Source of the DNA: a bacterium
Lineage (GTDB): Bacteria > Hinthialibacterota > Hinthialibacteria > Hinthialibacterales > Hinthialibacteraceae
Direction: 5' to 3'
Length of the DNA: 64,000 nucleotides
Assembly: GCA_963662285.2 (NCBI GenBank)
Contig: CAXXMV010000006.1
Location: forward strand, 576,001 to 640,000
The notes beneath the pieces were generated by a model. The model worked only from the letters and a program-made list of their open reading frames with translations, was not told where the DNA came from and made no database searches. Below are positions 7,903 through 17,874 of this stretch, piece by piece; the stretch's first letter is position 1, and each line of letters begins with the position of its first letter. Position numbers and translations under genes: made by a program.

Positions 7903-10900
7903 ATGCGAATTTACCATATTAGAATACTGCTCGTTTTTACTCTATTACTAACCATAGCCAACGCCAGTTTTTCTGCGGATTGGATGGATGCCAGCGGCGC
8001 CAATGTGAAGACAGTGCTATGCGCTGAGGATAATCAATTCTCCTGGTATAACGGTCCGGGCGGGCAGGATGAGTGGCTGCTGAACTTCGGCGCTTCCAAT
8101 AAAACCCGTATGAAAGGGTACCAGGATATAACCGCTCTGAAATTTGATCTGACGGAATTTAGCGGACAAACAGTCGATGATGCCGAACTGCATGTAGCAC
8201 GAGCCGATGATACCCCGATATTCGCCCTGGTCGCTTCGACCATCAATGCTGATTGGAACGAAGGAAGCGGCTGGGGTTCCAATGCCAAAGTTGGCGAGTG
8301 CTGCTGGCGGTGGCGCAAGGCCCCGGTTGATCCGGGTCATCCATCCCCTGATGCAGAATGGACATTTCCGCACAGTGATTTTTCATCCGCCGCATTCGGC
8401 AATTTCGGTTCGTTGGTCTCTTATGCTTACAAAGCCAGTGAAACGTTTGAATCTTACGCCATTGGCAACCAGACATGGCTGCGCATGAAACTTGATCCCC
8501 GTCTGGTTCATGCACTGATGCTCGATCAGTATGGTTTAGCCGTCACCGATCCGCGTGGTTATAATCATCTTAATCCCCGGATTTACACCAAAGATCAAAA
8601 CCAGTCGCTCGCTCCCCGCTTGCTGATACGCCTATCCAACAGCCAGGATACTCAACCGCCGGGCGCTGTTTCATCAATGCAGGTTGAGAACGGGGCGTTG
8701 GATGGCCAGGCCGTTTTATCATTCCATGCGCCCACGGGGGCGCCTGAGGATCAACCATTCGGTTATACCGTGCGATACTCAACTACTGATGATTTTGAGG
8801 CTGCCGAAGATATTGCGCGATGGAGGATTCCCCGTCCGGCTGATCCTGATACGCTGCAACGGATTCCCCTAGATGACCTGATTCCTGGAACGGTATATCA
8901 TTTCTTCGTTCAGACCTATGATAGCGCCGGAAATCGTGGTTTGGTCACGCATGTCCAACATACGCTTCCAGCAGAACGCCCTGTTCCCATATTGGCTAAT
9001 GGCGCTATCAATATCCCTGATCCTAGCTCACGAAGCATCCGCACGGTTCCTCAAGTTTTGCGCTACTGGGCATGTTCGGAAATTATCAAGGTCAATCCAA
9101 CAACCGGCAACCGCATGGCTGACGGATACAACAATAGCGGCGCTGATGACTATAAAAAAGCCAATGTAGTCTGGGATGCGGAAAGCAATACCATCTCTCT
9201 GTCTGCGTCAAGAAATGAGATTGTGGGATATCAGCTGATACTGGAGCGTCTCGGTCTTTCGCTTACGGATGTTAAGATATCAGCGGGTTCTTTGGTTGGC
9301 CCGGAGGGAATAGAAATCGCGGCGCAACCTAATATCGAAACTTTTCTGCTCCACTATGTGCAGGATAGTAGCCTATGGTATCCCGACGCGGCCATCCCTC
9401 TGCAAGCGCCGTTTCCAACTGCATTTTCGATCCCTGATCAAAATCATAATCCTGATGGAAGCCATCAATCCGTCTGGTGCGATATATACGCGCCCAAGAC
9501 CGCGAATCCTGGAGATTACCAAGGAACGATAACCATCAGCGCCAACGAACTGGATGCTCCGGTTGATATCAATGTTAAACTCAAGATCAGCCCGGTGGTG
9601 ATACCTGATGAACTCAGTTTTATCGTTGACTTGAATGGCTATGGCAACAAGTGGGATTACGGGAATCGCGCTGCAACCCGGCTGCGATGGTTTCAGACCT
9701 GCCAGAAACACCGCATGTCTCTCAATACTCTGGCTTATGGTTGGAACGCGAATATTACCTCTGACCGGGCGCCCCGGTTATCCGGTTCGGGCGGTAATAT
9801 CCAAATTGCGGACTGGTCGAATTTCGACGAAGACTACGGCGCCCTATTCGATGGAAGCGCTTTCTCTCCCGATAACCCAATCAGCCCCTACACCGGCCCT
9901 GGCATGAACCAGCCGGTAAGCACTTTCTACACTACCTTCTTCGAGTCGTGGCCCATACATGTAATTGATCCCAAGTATGGCTTTGATGCGCAAGGTCAGG
10001 GCGGGCCGTATTGGAATAATAAACTCGATACAGATAAAGACGCATTCTGGACAGATGCTCCCGATGTGCAGGACGCATTTACCGAGGATTATAAAAACGG
10101 CGTCAGTAAAATCGTCAAAGAATGGATGGAACACGCCCAGGCCAGCGGTTGGCATGATACTAACTTCCAAATATACCTGAACCATAAATATAGTTACAAC
10201 AATTGCGATGCGCTATGGATACTCGAAGAATGCACAACGGCTGACGATTTTCGCGCTGTCAATTTCTTTCATTCCCTCTACCGGCAAGGAGCGCAAATGG
10301 CTGACGCTCCCGATGTGCAATGGCATTTCCGCATTGATATCAGCGACCGCTGGGGACAGCATTATGGTCAACTCGATAACCTGATCAACTGGTACGTCAT
10401 GAACCAGGGGTCGTCTGATTGGCATTGGCCTCATATCCGCTACCGCAACATTCTTAATAAAAATCAGGAGCAATGGGTCTGGTATGGCGGCGGCCCGTCT
10501 CCTATGGATTCCGGCAGTCTCCATGCTCAGCGTTTTATCCAAGCCTGGGCGCAGGGGCTTGATGGCGGGCTGCCCTATTGGGATAACTTTCAAACCAGTT
10601 GGTCGCAGGCCAAGGCATTATCAACGGTCTATTCGGGTAAAAGCGTACCCGGCTTCGGAGTCTACCAAGGCCCTATCATGAGCATCCGCGTAAAAATGAT
10701 GCGGCAGGCGCAGCAGATAATCGAATTAGCCAACCTGCTGGCGCAACAAGACAGATGGAATCGACAGCGCGTAACTCAATCACTGTTGAGTAAATACGGC
10801 GATGGTGATTGGAACCGATCCTTTGCCGGACTCAACGAGCAATCAATCTATCAATTACGCGCTGACCTAATGGCGGCGCTGGAACCTTTCTTTCAATCCG

Positions 10901-10932
10901 ATATGAATGTGAAAGGATTTGAAATATATTAG
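7903..10932 (+). CDS. Large secreted multidomain protein (N-terminal DNRLRE/CBM-like region, FN3-like domain, GH123/DUF4091-like region) with C-terminal NVKGFEIY tag
   Basis: Signal peptide from ATG 7903; ALKFDLT..A.LH..W.E; FN3-like DTQPPGAV..LSF.AP..YTVRYS..LIPGTVYHF.V..YDSAGN; SRNEIVGYQL and VW.DIY.P..A.PG.YQG.I.I. Confidence 0.62.
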   Translation: MRIYHIRILLVFTLLLTIANASFSADWMDASGANVKTVLCAEDNQFSWYNGPGGQDEWLLNFGASNKTRMKGYQDITALKFDLTEFSGQTVDDAELHVARADDTPIFALVASTINADWNEGSGWGSNAKVGECCWRWRKAPVDPGHPSPDAEWTFPHSDFSSAAFGNFGSLVSYAYKASETFESYAIGNQTWLRMKLDPRLVHALMLDQYGLAVTDPRGYNHLNPRIYTKDQNQSLAPRLLIRLSNSQDTQPPGAVSSMQVENGALDGQAVLSFHAPTGAPEDQPFGYTVRYSTTDDFEAAEDIARWRIPRPADPDTLQRIPLDDLIPGTVYHFFVQTYDSAGNRGLVTHVQHTLPAERPVPILANGAINIPDPSSRSIRTVPQVLRYWACSEIIKVNPTTGNRMADGYNNSGADDYKKANVVWDAESNTISLSASRNEIVGYQLILERLGLSLTDVKISAGSLVGPEGIEIAAQPNIETFLLHYVQDSSLWYPDAAIPLQAPFPTAFSIPDQNHNPDGSHQSVWCDIYAPKTANPGDYQGTITISANELDAPVDINVKLKISPVVIPDELSFIVDLNGYGNKWDYGNRAATRLRWFQTCQKHRMSLNTLAYGWNANITSDRAPRLSGSGGNIQIADWSNFDEDYGALFDGSAFSPDNPISPYTGPGMNQPVSTFYTTFFESWPIHVIDPKYGFDAQGQGGPYWNNKLDTDKDAFWTDAPDVQDAFTEDYKNGVSKIVKEWMEHAQASGWHDTNFQIYLNHKYSYNNCDALWILEECTTADDFRAVNFFHSLYRQGAQMADAPDVQWHFRIDISDRWGQHYGQLDNLINWYVMNQGSSDWHWPHIRYRNILNKNQEQWVWYGGGPSPMDSGSLHAQRFIQAWAQGLDGGLPYWDNFQTSWSQAKALSTVYSGKSVPGFGVYQGPIMSIRVKMMRQAQQIIELANLLAQQDRWNRQRVTQSLLSKYGDGDWNRSFAGLNEQSIYQLRADLMAALEPFFQSDMNVKGFEIY

Positions 10933-10953
10933 GAGTGGTTCTACAGCATAAAA

Positions 10954-11036
10954 GGGTGGGTCGCGTTTTATGACCCACCGAACGAAGCAATAAATTTGTT
11001 ATAATCGGTGGGTCGGCAAAGTGCGATCTCATCATA
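10954..11036. repeat. Repeat family B: inverted pair of GTAG-type REP-like units between convergent genes
   Basis: GGGTGGGTC-GCGTTTTAT-GACCCACCGA followed by TCGGTGGGTCGGCAAAGTGCGATCTCATCATAC, whose reverse complement resembles the copy at 12331. Confidence 0.72.
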
Positions 11037-11041
11037 CGGGA

Positions 11042-12055
11042 TTAATCATGCAATCCCTTGGCTCTAAGCATGGGGATCAAAATTTCCATGTGGTCGGATT
11101 GGATGTAATCGGGCAGGGTTTCGATTACGTTTTTTATGGCCCATTCGGTGTCGTGTCCCATGGTGTTCATGAAGGATTTCTTACTGGATGTGTGTATATC
11201 CCTAACCAGGCGGTGAGAGTATTCTTTCCAATCAATATTGACGATGGGCGCATCGAATTTCTGGATTATGATCGGTAAACCTATAGCGCCAATGGGTACG
11301 CCTGGACGCCAGAAAAATTCATTGGATAACTTTTTAGTTTTTTCCAGTAATTCCCAATTGCCGCAATAGAGAGTGCATTTACCCAGCAGGCCATGCTTGG
11401 TAACCGCCGCGATAACTTTCTCCGGCGTTCCTGCTTTGAAATCAATATCAGGCAGCGCTTTTCCTTTTATGAATTCCAATGCTTCGTCAAAGGTAGGAAC
11501 GCTGGTTCCCTTAAACTCAGGTGAGAACCATGAACCGGCGTCAAGTTGCTTGATTTCGGCCAGAGTCAGGTCGGAGACATTTCCCGAACCATTGGTGGTG
11601 CGGTTGACGGTGGAGTCATGCATTATCACCAGATGGCCGTCTTTGGTTTCGCGGACGTCCATTTCCAGCAGGTCGGCGCCCAGCCCGATAGCTTTTTTGA
11701 ATGCGGGGATGGTGTTTTCCGGGGCGAACTTGGTGTTGCCGCGATGGCCAACCGCTTTGACGCCTTCCCATTTATAAAATGGCTGGCCGTTTTTGGTCAT
11801 GGATAGCAACCGTGCGGCCTTAGCGTGTACTATGCCCTGGTATCCGTCAGAACCGCATTTGCCGGTGATTTCATAATAGGGGATTCCGTTTGAATGGTAC
11901 AAACGTATGGCGTCGGTTCTAAATTGAGAAACCTGCATTTCAAGCAGATGCAGCGCTTCAATTTCGTCGATTGTCTGACTATAGACTGGCTGCGCGAAGA
12001 TGCAGATGAATAGAAGTACTATGTGGATTTGATGCTTGTGGATTAACTGTTTCAT
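11042..12055 (-). CDS. Glycerophosphodiester phosphodiesterase (GDPD family), secreted
   Basis: GHRG, APENT.PAF, E.DVRETKDG.LVIMHD.TV.RTTNG; N-terminal signal peptide. Confidence 0.92.
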   Translation of the reverse strand: MKQLIHKHQIHIVLLFICIFAQPVYSQTIDEIEALHLLEMQVSQFRTDAIRLYHSNGIPYYEITGKCGSDGYQGIVHAKAARLLSMTKNGQPFYKWEGVKAVGHRGNTKFAPENTIPAFKKAIGLGADLLEMDVRETKDGHLVIMHDSTVNRTTNGSGNVSDLTLAEIKQLDAGSWFSPEFKGTSVPTFDEALEFIKGKALPDIDFKAGTPEKVIAAVTKHGLLGKCTLYCGNWELLEKTKKLSNEFFWRPGVPIGAIGLPIIIQKFDAPIVNIDWKEYSHRLVRDIHTSSKKSFMNTMGHDTEWAIKNVIETLPDYIQSDHMEILIPMLRAKGLHD

Positions 12056-12256
12056 CTTATTTTCCTTTTATTTTTGATTGAGTTTAATTTATATATTAAC
12101 ATACCAAAATTATGGCCGTAAATATAAGCGTCCCTGTCAAAATGGGTAAAAAATGTTAGAAAATTATTCAAGATTACAGAAACTATGTTAAATTCACGAC
12201 ATTGAAAATAAGTAATAGGTCAGTTCATTGTTTTAGAATCGCTCTTTCCTTATATT

Positions 12257-12309
12257 GGGTGGCTTGATCAAGGGCTGACCGCGATGCGGTCTTGCCCTTG
12301 CCACCCGTC
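12257..12309 (+). repeat. Repeat family A, copy 4 (most complete)
   Basis: GGGTGGC-TTGAT-CAAGGGC-T-GACCGC-GAT-GCGGTC-TT-GCCCTTG-CCACCC-GTC. Confidence 0.87.
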
Positions 12310-12321
12310 TTTCCGCCCTTA

Positions 12322-12410
12322 ATTAAACAAGCCTACGCGTATGGTGGGTCACGCCTCACCGACCCACCGGGAATAATTTATTAATTAGGTAGCCCACCAC
12401 GAATAACTTA
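12322..12410 (+). repeat. Repeat family B: full copy plus a right-half fragment
   Basis: ATTAAACAAGCCTACGCGTATGGTGGGTC...GACCCACCGGGAATAAT, then GTAGCCCACCACGAATAA; both match the reverse complement of 43811-43872. Confidence 0.8.
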
Positions 12411-12489
12411 ATGACATCAACTCCGCCCTCCCCCGATTTTTCCGAGGATACATATATAATCGGTTCATATAATCCGAATAGAGAATCAA

Positions 12490-13884
12490 TTGAAAACTAA
12501 TAAAAGCGTATCAATAGAAATATATTTATGCCTGTTCATATTCAGCGGCCTGGCGCTTAGCTTCGCCGGGCATGGCACGTTTGTGGATGAAAACCTGATA
12601 ATTCAAACGGTCGAGTCATTGGTTGAGCACGGTGAATTGACGGTTACCAAGATGTTTCAAGCGCTGGAAGGACCTGATGGGAAATATTACAGCCGTTACG
12701 GCATCGCATTCCCATTGGCGTTGACGCCGTTTTATCTTATCGGTGAACTGCTGGATTGGTTTTTCCCGGAGACTAAAGCATTCTTCGGCAATGCGAATTT
12801 CTTTATGATGCTGTGGGGCAACCTGTTGTTTACGGTGTTGACTGGCTGGCTGTTTTACCGGATATGCAGATTGTTGGAAGCGGGGGCGCGCTTATCAGTG
12901 TTGTTGGCTTTAGCGCTTATCTTTTCTACGCCTTATTGGCCCTATAGCCAGACCTTGTATCGCCTGACCGCCTCCAGCGCACTGCTGCTTGGCGCGCTCT
13001 ATCTTATTCTGCTTTATCTCAAGAGTCCAAAGAAGAACCTTTTGTTTTACCTAGTCGCATTGACAGCTGTAGGATTAAACCTGCGCGAAGATTTAGTGCT
13101 GGCCCTTATGGCGATGGGACTCTATGTCCTTTTTTACGGCAAATCACCCAGCCGATGGTGGTGCGCTGCGTCCTTGATCATCGGCGCCATTCTGGGCTGC
13201 CTGATTTGGGCGGGACATAACTGGATTCGCTTCGGAGCGTTTTTTGTAGAGAATTATTCCGATCTATCCTTCAACTCGTCGCTGATTATTACCTGCCCGG
13301 AATTGTTGTTCGGGTTGCGCCGGGGAATTATTGTATACACTCCATTGTCGTTGATTCTGGTTATATCGTTCTACACTGCCAGAAAGTGCGGCCGGATGGG
13401 ACTATGGCTGCTCTGTTGCTTCATTATCCTGGTCTACCTGCTGCTCTATTCTAAATCGAGCATGTGGCATGGCGGGCTGTGCTGGGGGCCGCGTCATATG
13501 TATTTTCTGCTGCCATTCTGCTTGCTTCCCGGTATATGGTTGTGGAAAAACGGAGTTTCAAGTATAAGCAAGATATTTCTATTCATGGCTATTGGCATTG
13601 GAATGATGGTGAACTGGCCTGGAGTGTATGCGCACCAGGGCCGTTATCAGGATTTCTTCAGCAGCCCATCTATATTTCCATTAATACTAAAACCTGTAGT
13701 GCATCCAGACTATATAACCTATGAAGAACTAGACCTGTGGTGGATCCGCATAATTAAAATGAATCCAATGTCGCTTTGGCCTATTGTTTTTATGGCTATG
13801 ATTGCTCTGTTAATCTGGAGCGGGATGAAACTTTGGAAATCTCTTGCTGCAGAAGATAATAGAATTGAGCGATTCTCGAACTAA
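12490..13884 (+). CDS. Multi-pass membrane protein, probable GT-C (ArnT/PMT-like) glycosyltransferase
   Basis: About 10-12 hydrophobic segments, DE motif after the first TM, YSRYG, W.GG..WGPR motif. Confidence 0.65.
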   Translation: MKTNKSVSIEIYLCLFIFSGLALSFAGHGTFVDENLIIQTVESLVEHGELTVTKMFQALEGPDGKYYSRYGIAFPLALTPFYLIGELLDWFFPETKAFFGNANFFMMLWGNLLFTVLTGWLFYRICRLLEAGARLSVLLALALIFSTPYWPYSQTLYRLTASSALLLGALYLILLYLKSPKKNLLFYLVALTAVGLNLREDLVLALMAMGLYVLFYGKSPSRWWCAASLIIGAILGCLIWAGHNWIRFGAFFVENYSDLSFNSSLIITCPELLFGLRRGIIVYTPLSLILVISFYTARKCGRMGLWLLCCFIILVYLLLYSKSSMWHGGLCWGPRHMYFLLPFCLLPGIWLWKNGVSSISKIFLFMAIGIGMMVNWPGVYAHQGRYQDFFSSPSIFPLILKPVVHPDYITYEELDLWWIRIIKMNPMSLWPIVFMAMIALLIWSGMKLWKSLAAEDNRIERFSN

Positions 13885-13919
13885 CACGTTTGCTTAACGG
13901 ATAAATTTTTGTTAACCAC

Positions 13920-15563
13920 ATGAAACATTTCATACTTCTCATATTTGTTTTACCATTTAAGATCAACCGAAATCAGCTGCGTTCCATAGGTTGGGAGGAT
14001 TGCTTCAAACACACGGTTCTCATAGGTTTCGGGCTGGGCGTTGCATGGGTCGAGTACATTATGTTCATAAAACTATGGAGCATAGTCGGCTCGCTGCCCA
14101 TGGGATTCATGCTGGTTCTGCCTCGCTTTTTTTCGTGGGTGGGATCATTCCTCTTTGCGTTTCTGGCCTATTCCAGTTTCCTAACCGCCTTATCTTCGCT
14201 CTATACATCAGAAGATTTAGAGTTTCTGGTTGCTTCTCCCGCATCAAAATCCCTGGTGCTTTTGACCAAGTGGATTAATGTGGCTGTGCATAGCGGGTCT
14301 ACTCTAGTCTTTTTGTCGCTGCCGCCAGTCATTGCTTTGATTCAAACTCTTGATATATCGATATTTTTTCTACTTGCATATACCGCATCGATTGTTGCGT
14401 TCGCCAGTATAGCCGTCAGTCTGGGCGTCTGGATTGCGATGTTGCTGGCAGCGGTCTTCCCATTAAAACGTATGCACCAAACGGCGGCCATTCTTGGTCT
14501 ATGCATGGCGGCAATGTTGATAACCGGATTAAGATTTCTAAATATCGAAACGCTATGGAGCGAAAACCCTGATTCGAATCCATTGATAATATATTTGCAA
14601 TCTGAACAATCATCTTTGGTAAAGTATGGTCCGGGGCGATTGTTTGCCGAATCAGTAATGCCTTTTCTGTCAAATTCATCTGCATGGGGATTCTGGATGA
14701 TCCTGGGGGCGGGTCTGGTTTTCTTGTTATGTACGGTTATTGCTGGGAAAAGGTTATTCCTGAGAGGATGGCGGCGCAGCATAGAGCAAAGCGACCCACT
14801 GGTTAATGCTTCAGTTGCTATGTCTTCCAACAATCTATCTGAAAAGCAGACCAGTTCTTTCGGTTCATTGCTATGGAAAGACTGGTTGATGTTCAAGCGC
14901 GACCCGACTATATGGACCCAGTTATTCATGATGGTTCCACTGGCGACGCTTTATCTTTTGAATTTATCTTTCCTGCCCCTGAATGATAAAGGTTTGACGC
15001 CTTTTTACGCTGTTGCTGATGTCGGGCTTATTGCTTTGATCATCTCCGCTATCGGCGCACGGTTTTTGTTTCCATCCGCCAGCCGTGAAGGGAAGGCGGT
15101 CTGGATTCCCGTTGCTTCTCCGGTTAAGGCGGGAGAAATAATTCTTCAGAAAGTACTGCTCCTGGTAACGCCGGTTTTGCTTTTGGCTGGATGCTTGCTC
15201 TTGGGTTCAGCGCTAGTATTGCAAATGCCTCTTGAGTGGATGGCATGGTGCATGTCGTATGGTATGATCATCTCATTATTAATATGTTTATTGGCGGTTT
15301 TTCTGGGATTCTGCTTGCCCATGTATTCCTACCGCCATCTATTAGAGGTTTCGCTGGGTAAAGGATCGTTTCTGTTTATGGTTATTTCGCTGCTGCAAAT
15401 CAGCGTCTTTACTTATTGCGCGATAAACTCAATTATGATTGATCCAACCCAAGTTCCATTTATAGATATGACGCTAATGAGTTGCATCATTGTATGGATT
15501 CTAGTGACCGTTGTCAGTTATTACCTTGCCAAACGAAAATGGGGATTATTGATATATAGGTGA
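13920..15563 (+). CDS. Putative ABC-2-type exporter permease
   Basis: Two TM bundles; LY.S.DL.FL..SP, LLWKDW..F.RD, SREG.A.WI...SP...I...K. Confidence 0.7.
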   Translation: MKHFILLIFVLPFKINRNQLRSIGWEDCFKHTVLIGFGLGVAWVEYIMFIKLWSIVGSLPMGFMLVLPRFFSWVGSFLFAFLAYSSFLTALSSLYTSEDLEFLVASPASKSLVLLTKWINVAVHSGSTLVFLSLPPVIALIQTLDISIFFLLAYTASIVAFASIAVSLGVWIAMLLAAVFPLKRMHQTAAILGLCMAAMLITGLRFLNIETLWSENPDSNPLIIYLQSEQSSLVKYGPGRLFAESVMPFLSNSSAWGFWMILGAGLVFLLCTVIAGKRLFLRGWRRSIEQSDPLVNASVAMSSNNLSEKQTSSFGSLLWKDWLMFKRDPTIWTQLFMMVPLATLYLLNLSFLPLNDKGLTPFYAVADVGLIALIISAIGARFLFPSASREGKAVWIPVASPVKAGEIILQKVLLLVTPVLLLAGCLLLGSALVLQMPLEWMAWCMSYGMIISLLICLLAVFLGFCLPMYSYRHLLEVSLGKGSFLFMVISLLQISVFTYCAINSIMIDPTQVPFIDMTLMSCIIVWILVTVVSYYLAKRKWGLLIYR

Positions 15564-15701
15564 AACTATTGTTCAACAGGTTTGATAAGAATTGCTCTGT
15601 CATGTAGGATAATATTGAAGAAATTGTATTAGAGAGGTTTTTATATACTATGTAGGATCGCTCTAAACATATTAACTCATTGATCTAAAGGAGAATGCGA
15701 A

Positions 15702-16511
15702 ATGAATTTACGTAAATATGCATTATGGACGGCTTGCCTGGTTTTCTGTTCTATCCTGGCTGTTCCGGCGGTATATGCTGATGAACCAATCAAAGTATTG
15801 TTTATCACCAAGTCTTCGGGATATGAACATTCAGTGGTTCATCGTGAAAACGGGGAACTGGGATTCGCTGAAAAAGTTATGCTGGATATCGCTGAAGAGA
15901 ATGGCTTGTTCGTGGTTCCAACCAAAGACGGTGGATTGATTCACCCCAAAATGCTGGAAGCCTTTGATGTGGTGATGTTTTATACTACTGGAGAATTGGA
16001 TCAACCGAATCAGAAGGATATGAGCGCAGCCATGAATCCCGCCAATCGTCAGGCTCTGTTGGATTGGGTGAAAAAGGGCGGCGCTTTCGTTGCATCTCAC
16101 ACCGCGTCTGATACCTTTCATCAATGGGTCGATGAAGATGGCAAGAAACCTTATATCGATTTCGTCGGCGGAGAATTCGCCTGGCATCATTCACAGCAGA
16201 ATGGCGTCCTGAGCGTCGTCAAAGATCATCCCATTACCTCTCATATTAAAAGCCCCTGGGTTATTGCGGATGAATGGTATTATTTCAAGAATGTATCGGG
16301 TACTTTCACGCCATTGTTGACCATCGACACCAAAAAGATGAAAGAAGATGATTACAAAAAACAAGATCCTTATCCCGTAACCTGGATCGAAGAATATGGT
16401 AAGGGACGTATCTTTTCTTCAGCGCTGGGGCATCGTGAAGATGTTTGGACCAATCCTGATTTTCAGCAAATGCTGGTTAAAGGCATCAAGTGGGCCGCCA
16501 GAAAATTGTAA
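15702..16511 (+). CDS. ThuA domain protein (trehalose-utilisation, GATase-like fold), secreted
   Basis: KVLFITKSSGYEHS, FDVVMFYTTG, GG.FV..H.A.DT, DEWY, YGKGRIF.SALGH; AGGAG RBS. Confidence 0.9.
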   Translation: MNLRKYALWTACLVFCSILAVPAVYADEPIKVLFITKSSGYEHSVVHRENGELGFAEKVMLDIAEENGLFVVPTKDGGLIHPKMLEAFDVVMFYTTGELDQPNQKDMSAAMNPANRQALLDWVKKGGAFVASHTASDTFHQWVDEDGKKPYIDFVGGEFAWHHSQQNGVLSVVKDHPITSHIKSPWVIADEWYYFKNVSGTFTPLLTIDTKKMKEDDYKKQDPYPVTWIEEYGKGRIFSSALGHREDVWTNPDFQQMLVKGIKWAARKL

Positions 16512-16543
16512 GATTATAAGCAGGATTATTTCATATTTGATAC

Positions 16544-16573
16544 AAAAAAAGCCTCTCCTTGGAGAGGCTTTTT
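16544..16573. terminator. Bidirectional intrinsic terminator
   Basis: A7-GCCTCTC-CTTG-GAGAGGC-T5 between convergent genes. Confidence 0.88.
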
Positions 16574-16594
16574 ACTATCGAGACAGAAGGAATA

Positions 16595-17479
16595 TTAAGC
16601 GCTTTTTTCGTTCTTTTCCTGGCCTTTTTGCAGAATTTCTATTCTGCTATCCAACCATTTTTTTCCTTTACGGAGAATATTTCTGAATTTGATTAATACA
16701 TCCTTGTCTTCAGGAGATTTTGGTTGGATGGCGTCTGGCGTAACCAACGTGGCGATCAAGCACTTTTCATCTGGATTAGTAGTTTGGAAATTTAACAGTC
16801 CAGCAGCTTTAAGATATCGTGCAACGCTTTTACGGGCGTTCTTTTTTAATAAATTACAGACATCTTCTTCTTCAAGTACGATTTCCCGTATATGGTTGAG
16901 TAAACCGACTTGAGTACCACAGGCGGTTAGAGGCCGATCAGCCCCTGGAGGAATATCCACTTCAACATCAAATTTAGATGCAATCTCTTCTATCTTCATT
17001 GCTCTTTTTACGGCTTTTCCAAAAAGACCGGATTTTTCCGTTACGGTTGGGATAGTCCCGCCATTGACTTGTTTTACTCTATCTTTAAAGATATCCATAA
17101 CGCTGCGAACTTGCAGCGTCATACCTGCGAGTTTAAGGATCGTTAAAAGAGATTTGATCTTGTTGTTTTTAAAGTAAACGGGTCTTAATTCCGGAGCGAA
17201 AGCATAGTTGCCTATGGTTTGAAGTAGTTCTTTATATTCGCTGGTGACGCTTATAAATATTTCGCTATCACTTTCACCAACGCCGCTTAAAGATTGCAAA
17301 GAAAACGGAGTAGTGGATGTCGCTGATTTGCTGGAAACGCCGGAAGACATATCTCTTTTTACAGACTCAATATCCTCCACCGCCTTGATCATTTTAAGGC
17401 GTTGATTAATCTCATCCTGACTGATTTTTGATTTTGAAGCGCTTTTTTTCTGCATAATCATATGAGAGACCTCACTCAA
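16595..17479 (-). CDS. Hypothetical cytoplasmic protein (Lys/Ser-rich N-terminus, no recognisable family)
   Basis: 294-aa ORF with a GAGGAG RBS-like sequence upstream and a terminator downstream; no motif recognised. Confidence 0.7.
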   Translation of the reverse strand: MSEVSHMIMQKKSASKSKISQDEINQRLKMIKAVEDIESVKRDMSSGVSSKSATSTTPFSLQSLSGVGESDSEIFISVTSEYKELLQTIGNYAFAPELRPVYFKNNKIKSLLTILKLAGMTLQVRSVMDIFKDRVKQVNGGTIPTVTEKSGLFGKAVKRAMKIEEIASKFDVEVDIPPGADRPLTACGTQVGLLNHIREIVLEEEDVCNLLKKNARKSVARYLKAAGLLNFQTTNPDEKCLIATLVTPDAIQPKSPEDKDVLIKFRNILRKGKKWLDSRIEILQKGQEKNEKSA

Positions 17480-17722
17480 ATCTATTCGTCTCTCCTCACC
17501 AAATCCAAAAAATATAATGCAAAAGTAAATAAATAAATAAAGTTATATATTACATTTTAATTGATTATAAATATTTGTATAGCCTCAACTTGTTTTTATT
17601 GAGCAAATGTATCACCTTAAGACTAAAGAAGCGAATTAACTCTCTTAAGTATAATCGGTTTATCGATGCCATTAATGCGTTATTGATATTGTCTTTGTTA
17701 TATAGATTTCGGTAAATAGGCC

Positions 17723-17750
17723 AATAATTCAAAATAATTCAAAATAATTC
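17723..17750. repeat. 10-bp tandem repeat (AATAATTCAA, about 2.8 units) in an AT-rich divergent intergenic region
   Basis: AATAATTCAA-AATAATTCAA-AATAATTC read directly from the sequence. Confidence 0.7.
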
Positions 17751-17874
17751 TTTACTCTGCATCTATAATCCTCAGTAATTATCAATCAAAATAATCAATA
17801 ATCCGTCCTACAATCAGAGACCTTTACCTTTAATCATCGGACGGTAAAAAAAAATATTCAATTTTATTTTCTGA

